Shown here in pieces: positions 48,593 to 58,637 of a stretch of DNA of 64,000 nucleotides (the stretch's first letter is position 1; the number at the start of each line of letters is the position of its first letter). The position numbers and the translations under genes were made by a program. The DNA is from a bacterium. GTDB lineage: Bacteria; Moduliflexota; Moduliflexia; Moduliflexales; JAUQPW01. The notes beneath the pieces are model-generated. The model made no database searches, had not been told where the DNA came from, and worked only from the letters and a program-made list of their open reading frames with translations. The stretch is from contig JAUQPW010000007.1 in assembly GCA_030550175.1 (NCBI GenBank), positions 15,858 through 79,857 of the forward strand, in the 5' to 3' direction.

Positions 48593-49405
48593 TTATATAT
48601 TGGACAATTCCTTCCTGGCCTTCTCCGCATAACCATTATTGGGATAATTTTGAATCAATCTCTTTAAATATAACTCCGCTTCTTCTTTCTGACCCAACTT
48701 GAGATAGTTCATACCCAAATAGAAGAGGGTTTTATCAATGACATCGGTATCTGCATATTCTTGTAAAATGATCCGGAGACGATCAATAGAAGCTTTGTAA
48801 GCCTGTTCACGCAGGTAAAATTCGGCAATCAAAAACTCGTGCTCGGCCAGTCTATTCCGGCATTTATGGATTTTCTCTTGGGCTTTTTGAGCATACTCGC
48901 TATTCGGATATTTGGTTTTAACCTTATCGAATTCTTCCAAAGCCCGACGGGTATTAGTCTGATCTCGATCTGCGGAGAGCATCTGTTTATAGTAACACAT
49001 ACCCAACTTATACTGGGCCTGCGGCACTTCAGGATGGGTTGGATAGAGATTTATAAAACTTTGATAAGCGGCAATAGCTTCTTCATATTGCTTTTGAGCA
49101 TAGTAACTTTCGGCGATATAAAATTGAGTTTTACTCAGGTATTTGCTCTTAGGATACTGCTCCTTTAAAGTTTTAAACTCTTCAAGGGCTCGAGCATACT
49201 TCTTTTTGTTAAATAACGTTTCCCCTTTTTTAAAGAGCACTTCATCGGCTACCTGGGAGGAGTGATGCTTGGTTGCTTTAGAACATCCTGGACTGGTTAT
49301 TAAAACAAACCCAACAAACAAAATAACACTTAAAACTTTTTGAGGGTTGAGGATTATTTTATTCATAATTTTGGGTTGTAAGGGATTAGTTGAGGGTATC
49401 ACCAC
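48593..49405 (-). CDS. TPR-repeat outer-membrane lipoprotein, BamD/YfiO-like
   Basis: Signal peptide with a Cys (…LITSPGC). TPR pairs resembling BamD (…YFLGMNYLKLGQKEEAELYLKRLIQNYP…). Confidence 0.55.
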   Translation of the reverse strand: MVIPSTNPLQPKIMNKIILNPQKVLSVILFVGFVLITSPGCSKATKHHSSQVADEVLFKKGETLFNKKKYARALEEFKTLKEQYPKSKYLSKTQFYIAESYYAQKQYEEAIAAYQSFINLYPTHPEVPQAQYKLGMCYYKQMLSADRDQTNTRRALEEFDKVKTKYPNSEYAQKAQEKIHKCRNRLAEHEFLIAEFYLREQAYKASIDRLRIILQEYADTDVIDKTLFYLGMNYLKLGQKEEAELYLKRLIQNYPNNGYAEKARKELSNI

Positions 49406-50576
49406 CTTTCTCCCTTTCTAGTTGGGCATCGACACGGGTAGATCTACCATCGCTAACTTGAATATCTATTACAAAATGTTTATAACCCGGTTTAATCACT
49501 CGAAGTTTATAAATCCCTGGAGGTTTATTCAGAGATATAGGAGTATAGCCTATATCTTCCCCTTCTAGAAAAACCTTGGCCGAAGGGGGATTGGATTCGA
49601 TTTTAACTTCACCCACTTCAGGAGTCAGTTCTCGCTGGATTTTCTTGGTAACTAGGTCCTCTACCACAACGGTTTCCGTCAGGGTCCGATATTTACTTTT
49701 CTTCAAAGTAAGCTCATAAGGACCCGGTTTCAACTCCTTTTTCAAAGGAGTCTCACCGTAATACACATCGTTGATATGAACTTCAACGCCGGGTGGGTTG
49801 GTTACAATATCTAAGATTCCAGTCCTCTCTTTAAGGGTTACGTTAATTTCCAGGACTTCATCTGCTACGAGGACTGCCTCACCTAGATGATCCCGAAATC
49901 CTTCTTTTTTAAGAACCAACTTGTATTTACCAACCGGTTTATCATGGGTTAAGGGGGTAGTTCCAATAAATTTGTCATCGATATAGACTCTTGCTTCTGA
50001 AGGCTCTGAGGTAATGACTAATTTCCCCACCTGGGGAATTAAATTTACTTCTACCTCTGAAGTGGTATCATCCTGAATAAGAACAGGTCGTTGATCGACA
50101 TAATACTGATCCTTAACAATTTTCAGCTCGTACTCTCCGGGAGGTTTCTCGATCACTAAAGGAGTTACTTTATCCAATTTAACCCCATCGATATATACCA
50201 CAGCCTTTGGAGGGGCTGTTTTGATTTCTACTTTTCCTCGCTGCTCTGAAAGTTCCGCATCTAGAAAAGCCGTCTGTTTTTTATTTACCCAAACTTTTCT
50301 TGCATAGGTCCGATAGCCCTTTAACAGAAGTTTTACATCATACTCCCCTTCTGCTACTTTCTCCATGAAAGGAGTTTTTCCTACATACGTATGATTCAAG
50401 TAAACCGATGCATTGGAGGGGGAAGAAGTAATTCTTAAAGTACCTTTGTTATCAAAGTAACCATAGAAAGCCTGCAGATAGGAAAAAAATCCACCAAAAT
50501 TAGCAAAACGATCTAGCAGTGCCGTAATACAAACAAGGACAAATCCCACAGAAATAACAGCTAGAAATCGCCTCAT
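49386..50576 (-). CDS. PEGA-domain repeat protein
   Basis: 396 aa with an N-terminal TM segment and at least five repeats of the PEGA pattern (…VYLNHTYVGKTPF…PEGEYDVKL…KGYRTY…). Confidence 0.72.
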   Translation of the reverse strand: MRRFLAVISVGFVLVCITALLDRFANFGGFFSYLQAFYGYFDNKGTLRITSSPSNASVYLNHTYVGKTPFMEKVAEGEYDVKLLLKGYRTYARKVWVNKKQTAFLDAELSEQRGKVEIKTAPPKAVVYIDGVKLDKVTPLVIEKPPGEYELKIVKDQYYVDQRPVLIQDDTTSEVEVNLIPQVGKLVITSEPSEARVYIDDKFIGTTPLTHDKPVGKYKLVLKKEGFRDHLGEAVLVADEVLEINVTLKERTGILDIVTNPPGVEVHINDVYYGETPLKKELKPGPYELTLKKSKYRTLTETVVVEDLVTKKIQRELTPEVGEVKIESNPPSAKVFLEGEDIGYTPISLNKPPGIYKLRVIKPGYKHFVIDIQVSDGRSTRVDAQLEREKGGDTLN

Positions 50577-50658
50577 AGCGCCATCCTCGACGAGAAATCC
50601 TTGCTGTTTACAGGATTACTTTATGTAAAGCTTCTAACCTCAGGAGAACCCTCACATC

Positions 50659-51501
50659 TCATAGATTTTTGTAGGTAATCCTATCTAGAGCGGCAGCCAT
50701 ATCATCAATGGCTTCACTGAGCTGGATAACTGTGCTGAATACCCCATTTAAATCCAAAGAACCTGTATGAATATCGGAAAATTTAAGCCTGATGATCGAG
50801 AGATGCACTTCCCTGAGCGAAGTTATAAAGTTCGTTAATTTAGATGTAACATATTCTATCCCTTTTTCAATTTCTTGATGGCTTTTAAGCTGTTTAAGCA
50901 AAGAATTTCGAGTTCGAATCCACTCTAGTTTGATAAATTCATCGGAACGGGCATTCTGGATCTTCTTCTCTAAATGCTTCAGAACAGCCTGGGTACGTTC
51001 CATGTCATGACAACGTAAATCTTCATGAATTCCGTGAATCTTCTTTACAATACTGAAAATTTTAAGGATTAAATGTTGAACAGCGGGAAAGATTTCTTTA
51101 AAAGATTCTGTAAGATAAATCTCCTTATCTTTATCCTTGATTGCTTTTTTAATCTCTCTGTAAAGGGTTACACTTTGGTGGATGAAATCCATATAGGGAT
51201 CTTCCAGCTCGGACTTGAGCTGACGGTAGTTTTCTTCGATTTCATCATATCCAAAGTCCACATAGCGCAGGAGCCCCGTTTTTAGGGAAGCCCAGGTTTT
51301 CTTACCGCTTAACCAGATAGCCAGACATAAAAAAATCCCTACATAGGTAAACCCCATATTAACCGTCAGGCCCGTCCCTATTGAAAAGCTTAATACAATG
51401 CCAAGCCATATGGGATGAGCAAAGAAAATAAAGATATCTCGTTTCTCTTCCTTTGTAGTTGAAAAGGAAGAGTGTTCTCCTTGGGCTCCCAGACGTTCCA
51501 T
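50659..51501 (-). CDS. hypothetical membrane-anchored coiled-coil protein
   Basis: 280 aa. Two N-terminal TM segments followed by a K/E-rich helical region. Confidence 0.35.
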   Translation of the reverse strand: MERLGAQGEHSSFSTTKEEKRDIFIFFAHPIWLGIVLSFSIGTGLTVNMGFTYVGIFLCLAIWLSGKKTWASLKTGLLRYVDFGYDEIEENYRQLKSELEDPYMDFIHQSVTLYREIKKAIKDKDKEIYLTESFKEIFPAVQHLILKIFSIVKKIHGIHEDLRCHDMERTQAVLKHLEKKIQNARSDEFIKLEWIRTRNSLLKQLKSHQEIEKGIEYVTSKLTNFITSLREVHLSIIRLKFSDIHTGSLDLNGVFSTVIQLSEAIDDMAAALDRITYKNL

Positions 51502-51648
51502 GATTTAAAATAATGTAAATATTATTGGGAACATGTCAAGAAAAAAGGAAAAGATACGGTAATCTACCCTCCCACGTATCCTTCACAACTTGCAATTGAA
51601 AGCGTTTTCACTTGACAATTCCGTCCAAATCCATGATAAAGTCACATT

Positions 51649-52104
51649 ATGATAGGATGGATGATGAAACTTTTTAAATATTTCCAACTTTGGGTGTATT
51701 TAGGCTTCCTGGTGGGTTGTAGCTATGAAACGATAGCTCGTTCTCGGGAAGAATCCTACGGATATCGGTTAAAATTCATTCAAGAACCCCCTTCCAGGTT
51801 ACTCAAATCCTTAGCTCTCCATAACAAGGGGTATGTTATTGCCGTTCAAGATAAAAAGGTATTTATAGATTTGACCGCCCAGGATGGAATTCAACGGGGG
51901 ATGCCTCTGGGGGTTTACCGGGAAGGAACCGAAACCGAGCTTAAACATCCGGTAACCGGGGAAACTCTGGCCACATTAAAAAAGGAGTTGGGAACTATCC
52001 GGGTTTGGGAAGTCTCCGATAAATTTTCAGTTGCCTATCTGGAATCCCTGGTTAAAGGGGAGGAAATCCGTTTGGGAGACCGCGTGTGGCCGATTCAGTA
52101 TTAA
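51649..52104 (+). CDS. hypothetical lipoprotein
   Basis: 151 aa. Signal peptide with GC (LGFLVGCSY). Confidence 0.35.
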   Translation: MIGWMMKLFKYFQLWVYLGFLVGCSYETIARSREESYGYRLKFIQEPPSRLLKSLALHNKGYVIAVQDKKVFIDLTAQDGIQRGMPLGVYREGTETELKHPVTGETLATLKKELGTIRVWEVSDKFSVAYLESLVKGEEIRLGDRVWPIQY

Positions 52105-52110
52105 AAAGCC

Positions 52111-52794
52111 ATGTCCATGATCCAGATGTATAACGTATATAAAATCTATGAAGGTGGCGTGCGAGCGCTGGAGGATATCACTTTAAGCATTGAAAAAGGT
52201 GAGTTTGTTTTTTTAACAGGCCCCAGTGGAGCCGGAAAAACCACGTTATTAAAAATCATATTTCGTGAAGAGCTCCCCACATCCGGTAATGTTCTTGTCA
52301 ATAATTTTAATATTGCCCGACTTCAAAGATCCAGTGTCCCTTATCTGAGAAGGAATATCGGGGTCGTTTTCCAGGATTTTAAGCTTTTAAAAAAGAAAAC
52401 GGTTTTTGAAAACGTTGCTTTCGCCCTTAAAGTCATAGGCGCTCCCCGGCGAGAGATTGACCAGCGGGTTTTACAAATACTTCGCCTTCTGGATTTAAAA
52501 GATAAAATGGATATGCTCCCCCATCTCCTCTCCGGAGGCGAACAGCAGCGGGTCGCCATCGCAAGAGCTCTGGTTAACCACCCCACCATTGTGTTGGCAG
52601 ACGAACCCACGGGAAATCTCGATCAGGAACTATCCCTGGAAATTATGAGTCTCTTCGAGGATATTAATGCCCGAGGTACAACGGTGGTGGTGGCCACCCA
52701 TAACCGCATGATCATCCGGGAAATGAGGAAAAAGGTCTTTTGCCTGGATAAAGGTCGTTTGGTCCGTATCGTGGACAATGGGAAAGATATTTAG
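52111..52794 (+). CDS. ftsE: cell division ABC transporter ATP-binding protein FtsE (no adjacent ftsX)
   Basis: Walker A GPSGAGKTT, signature LSGGEQQRVAIARAL, and about 225 aa length typical of FtsE. Confidence 0.8.
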   Translation: MSMIQMYNVYKIYEGGVRALEDITLSIEKGEFVFLTGPSGAGKTTLLKIIFREELPTSGNVLVNNFNIARLQRSSVPYLRRNIGVVFQDFKLLKKKTVFENVAFALKVIGAPRREIDQRVLQILRLLDLKDKMDMLPHLLSGGEQQRVAIARALVNHPTIVLADEPTGNLDQELSLEIMSLFEDINARGTTVVVATHNRMIIREMRKKVFCLDKGRLVRIVDNGKDI

Positions 52795-52925
52795 AAGTAT
52801 GGGGGTGTGGGAGTGGGGAAGTGTGGGGGTGGGAAAGTATGGGAGTGTGGGGGGTGGGAAAGTATGGGAGTATGGGAGTTAGAACTTCCCCACTCCCACA
52901 CTTCCCCACCCCCATACTCATACTT
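52795..52925. repeat. compound GTATGGGAGT-family hairpin repeat (copy 3, longest); fills the whole spacer between convergent ftsE and rsmI
   Basis: Left arm: gaagtatgggggtgtgggagtggggaagtgtgggggtgggaaagtatgggagtgtggggggtgggaaagtatgggagtatgggag. Right arm: cttccccactcccacacttccccacccccatactcatactt. Confidence 0.65.
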
Positions 52926-53605
52926 TACCGTTTTCCTTCCAGGACCAAGGTAATTTCTCCTTTGATCGGGGTGTTTTCAAATTTCTCGATAAGGGTACTG
53001 AGAGGGCCCCGTAAAACCTCTTCGAATTTTTTGGTAAGTTCCCGGGCTACGGCAGCCTTTCGATCTCCCAAAATTTCTTTCAGGTCCTTCAAGGTTTCTA
53101 GAAAACGATGAGGGGAAACATACATAATTAAAGTTCTCGGTTCATCTCGAAGAGATTCTATCTTTTTAAGCCGCTTACTTCTCTTATGGGGTAAAAATCC
53201 GATAAACACAAAACTATCAATGGGAAGACCAGAGACCACAGCAGCACTTACAAAAGCCGTAGGTCCTGGGATACAGACCACCGGGATATTATTTTCTATA
53301 GCCTGTTGAAGCAATCGATAAGCAGGATCCGATATTCCCGGGGTTCCGGCCTCAGAAACAAGGGCGATGTTGAGTCCGGATTTTAATTTATTTATTAACT
53401 CGGTCGCTTTAAATTCTTCATTGGCATCAAAATAACTGGTAACCGGAACATGAATATCATAGTAGGATAGAAGTTTTCGAGTCGTTCGCGTGTCCTCAGC
53501 AGCGATAAGATCAACTTCCCTGAGAACGCGTAGAGCACGTAAGGTGATATCTTCTAAGTTGCCAATGGGGGTACTGACTATATAAAGAGTCCCGGTTTCA
53601 GACAT
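52925..53605 (-). CDS. rsmI: 16S rRNA (cytidine1402-2'-O)-methyltransferase
   Basis: MSETGTLYIVSTPIGNLEDITLRALRVLREVDLIAAEDTRTTRKLL is the tetrapyrrole-methylase-fold RsmI signature. Confidence 0.88.
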   Translation of the reverse strand: MSETGTLYIVSTPIGNLEDITLRALRVLREVDLIAAEDTRTTRKLLSYYDIHVPVTSYFDANEEFKATELINKLKSGLNIALVSEAGTPGISDPAYRLLQQAIENNIPVVCIPGPTAFVSAAVVSGLPIDSFVFIGFLPHKRSKRLKKIESLRDEPRTLIMYVSPHRFLETLKDLKEILGDRKAAVARELTKKFEEVLRGPLSTLIEKFENTPIKGEITLVLEGKR

Positions 53606-53844
53606 AACCCTTCATCCGTGATGATGGATGATCCATCCTGGAACTTTTGCCGGGTTGTGAAAAATAGAATTAATATTTTTTCTATAGACAACGTTCCAAG
53701 AGTATATTACCAATTTAAGGAGTCAGGGGTTAAAAACCAAAAATCGGAAGTCAGAAAAGTAGAATTTTTACTCATATGGTAAGGGAATTATTTTTATTCA
53801 AACTCCTGACCCTTAGATTCTGACTTCTGATCTTAAAAGGATTT

Positions 53845-55041
53845 ATGATGCGATTATCTCAACGTGCCAGTGCCATAAAGCCGTCCTCAACTTTAGAAAT
53901 TACCACCTTAGCTAAGAAAATGCGAGCCGAAGGGATTGATGTCATCGGATTTGGTGCGGGTGAGCCGGATTTTGATACCCCTTCCAATGTAAAAGAAGCG
54001 GCCATTCGAGCCATTCAAGAGGGTTTTACAAAATACACGCCGGTTCCGGGTATTGATGAACTGAGAGCCGCCATTGCTAAGAAACTTGAAAAGGATAATA
54101 ACCTGGTTTATCGTCCTTCCGAAGTGATTGTTTCTTGTGGAGCGAAACATGTTCTCTTTAACGCCATCATGGCCCTATTTGAGGAAGGGGATGAAGTAAT
54201 TGTGGCTTCTCCTTATTGGGAAACCTTCTTAGAGCAAATACAACTCATGGGAGCTACTCCGGTGATTGTTCAAACAGATGAGTCGACCGATTTTCAAGTC
54301 ACCCGGGAACTTCTAGAAACAGCCATAACAAAAAAAACCAAGGGTCTGATTCTCAATACGCCCTGCAATCCCACGGGAGCAGTTATAAACCGTGAACATT
54401 TAAAGGCCATAGCCGATCTGGCCGTAGAAAAAAATATCTATGTAATTTCCGATGAAACATATGAAAAACTGGTTTATGAAGATGCCGAACATGTAAGCAT
54501 CGCATCCTTAAATCCAGAGATTAAAGAATTGACCCTTACCGTCGGGGCTTTATCCAAGTCTTATTCCATGACAGGATGGAGAATCGGCTATGCAGCAGGT
54601 CCTGCCGAGGTGATCAAAGCCATGGTTAATCTTCAGAGTCAGAGTACCTCTAATCCCACTTCCATTGCTCAAAAAGCAGCCCTGGAAGCCCTTACAGGAC
54701 CTCAGGAGGCTCTCAGCGAGATGCGCCTGGAGTTTTTAAAAAGGAGGAATTATATTGTCCAGGAATTAAACACTATCCCCGGGGTTTCTTGCTTAAAACC
54801 TAAGGGAGCTTTCTACGTGTTTCCCAAGGTATCCGGCCTTTATGGAAGGACATACCAGGGGCGTATCATCTCCAACTCTAAGGATCTGGCATCTTATTTG
54901 CTAACTGAAGCCAGGGTAGCAGTGGTTCCAGGTTCGGCCTTTGGTTCAGACCAGCACATAAGATTATCCTATGCCTTATCCATGGAACACATCTGGGAAG
55001 GATTACATCGTATGAAAGAAGCTATTGGGAAACTCCTCTAA
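53845..55041 (+). CDS. class-I PLP aminotransferase (aspartate aminotransferase-like)
   Basis: 398 aa. GAGEPDFDTP, NPCNPTGAV, and SKSYSMTGWRIGY (PLP-Lys). Confidence 0.85.
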   Translation: MMRLSQRASAIKPSSTLEITTLAKKMRAEGIDVIGFGAGEPDFDTPSNVKEAAIRAIQEGFTKYTPVPGIDELRAAIAKKLEKDNNLVYRPSEVIVSCGAKHVLFNAIMALFEEGDEVIVASPYWETFLEQIQLMGATPVIVQTDESTDFQVTRELLETAITKKTKGLILNTPCNPTGAVINREHLKAIADLAVEKNIYVISDETYEKLVYEDAEHVSIASLNPEIKELTLTVGALSKSYSMTGWRIGYAAGPAEVIKAMVNLQSQSTSNPTSIAQKAALEALTGPQEALSEMRLEFLKRRNYIVQELNTIPGVSCLKPKGAFYVFPKVSGLYGRTYQGRIISNSKDLASYLLTEARVAVVPGSAFGSDQHIRLSYALSMEHIWEGLHRMKEAIGKLL

Positions 55042-55155
55042 AACTTAAACAAGGTCCTTTTTCTATCGACAGATCTCGATAAATTCCCTTGACTTATAGT
55101 CAGGAAGATGCTAGATAGTCGAGGTTGAAAGAACCAAGTTTTTTGAGGAAATTCT

Positions 55156-55914
55156 ATGACGCTGCAAGAAACTATATTGACTTCCCAAACCCGAGGGGTC
55201 AGGTGTAAGGATTGTGGAGACACGGGATGGCGGGTAAAACATCAAGGTCCTGTGGAAACTGTAGAGAGATGCACGTGCTACCGCATGAAGCGGAAAGAAC
55301 AACTTCTTCTAAGAGCTTGTATTCCGGAGAGATATATGCAATGCTCTTTGGAAAATTATAACCCACAACCTTACCCGGATTGTGATGCCTCCATAGGTCG
55401 TGCCAAAGTTCTGGTTGAGCAATTTGTAAAAGAATATCCGGCCCGGAAGATAGGATTGTTATTCATGGGAGGTTGTGGAGTCGGCAAAACCCATCTGGCG
55501 GTGGCCGCCATTAAATATCTCATTCTTGAAAAAGGTATTCCCTGTCTGTTCTATGATTTTAGAAATCTCATAAAGGAGTTGCAGAACTCTTATTCTCGAG
55601 ACTCCGAATATTCGGAATCTGATATTCTGGAGCCTGTACTATCCAGAGAAGTCCTTGTGTTAGATGAATTAGGGGCCAAAGTTATGAGTCCCTGGATACG
55701 GGATATCTTTACGCATATTCTCATTCAAAGGTATAACAACAATCTGGTTACCCTGATCACCTCTAACTGGATGGACGAAGAGGATCGAGGAATCCAGGAA
55801 GAAACTTTAGAGGAGCGTATTGGCTATCGGCTGCGGTCGCGACTCTATGAGATGTGCAAAACCATCGTGATAAAAGGGAAGGATTATAGAAAGTTTCGTG
55901 AGATTCGGAATTGA
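55156..55914 (+). CDS. DnaC/IstB-like AAA+ ATPase with N-terminal Cys-rich zinc ribbon
   Basis: CKDCGDTGW…CTC ribbon. Walker A GGCGVGKTHLAVAAI and Walker B VLVLDELG. Confidence 0.6.
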   Translation: MTLQETILTSQTRGVRCKDCGDTGWRVKHQGPVETVERCTCYRMKRKEQLLLRACIPERYMQCSLENYNPQPYPDCDASIGRAKVLVEQFVKEYPARKIGLLFMGGCGVGKTHLAVAAIKYLILEKGIPCLFYDFRNLIKELQNSYSRDSEYSESDILEPVLSREVLVLDELGAKVMSPWIRDIFTHILIQRYNNNLVTLITSNWMDEEDRGIQEETLEERIGYRLRSRLYEMCKTIVIKGKDYRKFREIRN

Positions 55915-56136
55915 AACGCAACGCAAGGATTGCCGCCGATAATAAGAACCATAAAGGAGTAAGAAGGAGAGCCTGGAGTATCCGAAATATGCTCCTGGAT
56001 AAGGCTTGTTGGAGATATTTTTTATCTTGACAGGATTTCTAGCGTTTGTTACCTTTTCTCTACATCTGCGGAGGGAGTTTTAAGATTATTTCAGAGCATA
56101 GGTTACATTTTTTTATGGAATCCGAAGGAGGGCTTA

Positions 56137-57261
56137 ATGATCATTCCTAGAGGTAAAGTTATCCACGAAGCCCTGAGTACATCCTTTACGGATATTAACG
56201 AGCTTCTCAGAGATCTTGCAGAAAATAGTTTTACCGGCTGTTGCCAGGTTAGTTTTTGGGAATACGAGGGGATCTTATTTATGGACACGGGCAAGATTGT
56301 CAGTGCCTTAGAAGAAATTCAAAAAGATCCCCCGGTCTGTATAAGTGGTGAAAAAGCGGTACGAAGCATTCTGGCCAAATCCAGAGAAAAGGATGGAACG
56401 GTCACCGTTTTTCGGTTATCCAACGAACTGGTAGCCACCCTGGCCGCATCCTTAAAAAGTACCATTGTTTTAAAAGATTTGACCACGGAACTAACCAGTC
56501 TTGAAAAGCTCGTTCAAAAACTCCGAAAGGAAGAACACACCGGATATATTGAGGTCATTTTAAATAACCATGAAGGAAAAGGTTATATTTATTTCCAAGA
56601 CGGTCGGGTAATGGAGAGTGTTTATAAATCCGACGAGGGAGAGCTTATCTCGGGAGCTCAGGGGCTTAAAAAATTATTAGGGCTGAGTGCAGAAGTCGGA
56701 GCCGTTTTCAATGTGTATAAAGCAGATGTCTCTTCTGTCATTGAAGATACCACCAAGATAATGGAAGGGGAGGTTTTAGATTCGGTTCTGAGCGTATTTC
56801 AAAATATTTTATTTAATTTAGAAAAGGCAATCAACGACACCCTGGGCCAGGGGAAATTTTTAGAAATTTTTAAAAGAGTTTTAACGGCCCATGCCAATAA
56901 ATATCCTTTTTTAGATCCCTTTGCCGGTGAGTTTAACTATAAGGATGGAACCCTCACTTTTGAAGGGACTGTAACCGTAGATGAGTTTGTAGAAGGGGTG
57001 TGTGATACCATTCGGCGAACCGTGGAAGAAGCGGCTAAAAGAACTCCAAAGGAAAAACTTCTGTATAATATTCATTACCGCTTTCAAACTGTAAAAGGAG
57101 AATATAAACAGGATATCGAAAATCTTAAACTGCCGAGTAGATTACCCGAACTTCTGGCAGAGCCTGCTGAACCTCCCAAACCTGCTAAGGAAAACCCGGA
57201 AGAATCCAAGGAAAAGAAAGGGTTATTGAGTAGACTCCGGTTAAACATCAAATCTGAATAG
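56137..57261 (+). CDS. tandem DUF4388-domain protein
   Basis: Two roughly 120-aa repeats, each with TG…G.i.F..G.iv motifs (FTGCCQVSFWEYEGILFMDTGKIVSA and HTGYIEVILNNHEGKGYIYFQDGRVMESV). Confidence 0.5.
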   Translation: MIIPRGKVIHEALSTSFTDINELLRDLAENSFTGCCQVSFWEYEGILFMDTGKIVSALEEIQKDPPVCISGEKAVRSILAKSREKDGTVTVFRLSNELVATLAASLKSTIVLKDLTTELTSLEKLVQKLRKEEHTGYIEVILNNHEGKGYIYFQDGRVMESVYKSDEGELISGAQGLKKLLGLSAEVGAVFNVYKADVSSVIEDTTKIMEGEVLDSVLSVFQNILFNLEKAINDTLGQGKFLEIFKRVLTAHANKYPFLDPFAGEFNYKDGTLTFEGTVTVDEFVEGVCDTIRRTVEEAAKRTPKEKLLYNIHYRFQTVKGEYKQDIENLKLPSRLPELLAEPAEPPKPAKENPEESKEKKGLLSRLRLNIKSE

Positions 57262-57271
57262 GGTTTGAAAA

Positions 57272-58072
57272 ATGCTTGAGAAGATCAAGGATTTTAGTCT
57301 TTCTGCTAAACTGGCATCTCTGATTGTCATTGCGTTACTTCTGTATGGTTTTTGTATATTTTTCCTCTTGAGTTATCTGCTTGAGCAGAAATTTAATAGT
57401 ATCTATCCTACAGTTCGAGGGATGATGGTTGCCCAGATGGTAGCCCATAACCTTGCCAATACTTCATTAAACGGAAGCAGTATTACCAAAAGCCAGATCC
57501 AGCAGACTTTAAATTCTTATGATCCGTATAAAAGATACGGACTCTTCTATATCATTGTACAAAATGATAAAAATGAGGTGGTGGCTACCACTTTAGAAAC
57601 GGCTCCCTCTCCGGAGTTGATTAAAGCGAATGAACTTACCCAAGGCAAGGAAATACAAAACAAGCGGTTTAAGTCGGGGGATAATACCATCCAGGACGTT
57701 GCCGTACCTATTGGGGATTCCCAACAACCTAGAGGAGTGGTTCGAGCCGGAGTCCTGGAGCAGAGTGGAAGTGAAACAGGTTGGGAAATTATTAAAGAGG
57801 GAAAAGTCAAGGAGGTTTTAAATCCCCTTACATGGGGAATTTTTACCGGAGCTATTGTAATAGGATCCCTTTTGATGCTTTTCTTTTCCAAGATTATCGT
57901 GCAACGCGTTCAGTACCTGATCGATGTCGCGGACAAGATGAGTTTTGGAGATTTGGATGTGAAGATCGTTCCAGGGCCCAAGGATGAACTGGGAATATTG
58001 GGGGAAACTCTAGAAAGTATGCGGGCCAATCTCAAAGACGCCATCGAAAGACTTAAAAAGCGAAAACAGTAA
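57272..58072 (+). CDS. membrane protein with periplasmic region and C-terminal HAMP domain
   Basis: N-terminal TM, a second TM (WGIFTGAIVIGSLLMLFF), then a HAMP-like amphipathic region (…VQYLIDVADKMSFGDLDVKI…LGETLESMRANLKDAIERL). Confidence 0.5.
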   Translation: MLEKIKDFSLSAKLASLIVIALLLYGFCIFFLLSYLLEQKFNSIYPTVRGMMVAQMVAHNLANTSLNGSSITKSQIQQTLNSYDPYKRYGLFYIIVQNDKNEVVATTLETAPSPELIKANELTQGKEIQNKRFKSGDNTIQDVAVPIGDSQQPRGVVRAGVLEQSGSETGWEIIKEGKVKEVLNPLTWGIFTGAIVIGSLLMLFFSKIIVQRVQYLIDVADKMSFGDLDVKIVPGPKDELGILGETLESMRANLKDAIERLKKRKQ

Positions 58073-58111
58073 TTTCTTTTTAAACTCAGTCTTTAATGAG
58101 GAGTAGGGACC

Positions 58112-58615
58112 ATGCCGAAAAAGATAGATGGAAGTAAAATTACCATATTATCCTCTGAACAGTACGAAGCCGTTAAAAAGTGTCTAGGAGAACTTTACTC
58201 TAAGACCAAGGCAAATGCGGTTCTTTTTGCCGATATAGCCGGTCAGCTCATAGGTGAGCGGGGAGATACCTCCCATATTAATACAACGGTTCTGGCCGCT
58301 TTGGCTGCAGCCGACTTTTCGGCCACTGCGGAAATGGCCAAATTGGTCGGAGAAGAAGCCCGATTTAAGCTTCTCTTCCATGAAGGGGAAAAGAATAATG
58401 TCTACCTGACCAATGTCGGAGATGAGTATTTTTTGATTATCATTTTCCAATCTAATGTAGCTTTGGGGATGGTAAGGGTTTATACCAAAAAAGCAGTCGA
58501 AGCCCTGGATAAGATCATCAAAGAAGGAGGTAGTAGTAAAACTGTTACAGATATTATTGATGATGATTTTGGGGAACTCCTGGCAAATGAGTTAGATAGC
58601 TCATTTAAAGAGTAA
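58112..58615 (+). CDS. mglB: Roadblock/LC7-domain protein, MglB-like GAP
   Basis: 167 aa. Resembles M. xanthus MglB (…AVLFADIAGQLIGERGDTSHINTTVLAALAAADFSATAEMAKLVGEEARFKLLFHEGEKNNVYLTNVGDEYFLIIIF…). Lies immediately upstream of mglA, as in Myxococcus. Confidence 0.75.
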   Translation: MPKKIDGSKITILSSEQYEAVKKCLGELYSKTKANAVLFADIAGQLIGERGDTSHINTTVLAALAAADFSATAEMAKLVGEEARFKLLFHEGEKNNVYLTNVGDEYFLIIIFQSNVALGMVRVYTKKAVEALDKIIKEGGSSKTVTDIIDDDFGELLANELDSSFKE

Positions 58616-58637
58616 CTTTCTCCTATCTATCACGACT

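Noticed and set aside
52712-53111. ORFs 52712..52921 (-) and 52821..53111 (+), with their His/Pro-rich peptides
   Set aside because: They lie entirely within or emerge from the compound hairpin repeat and overlap rsmI. They are low-complexity translations of the palindrome.
55156-55914. IstB-like ATPase as part of an IS21-family element
   Set aside because: No IstA transposase and no terminal inverted repeats nearby. The N-terminal zinc ribbon fits a DnaC/DnaI-like loader better.
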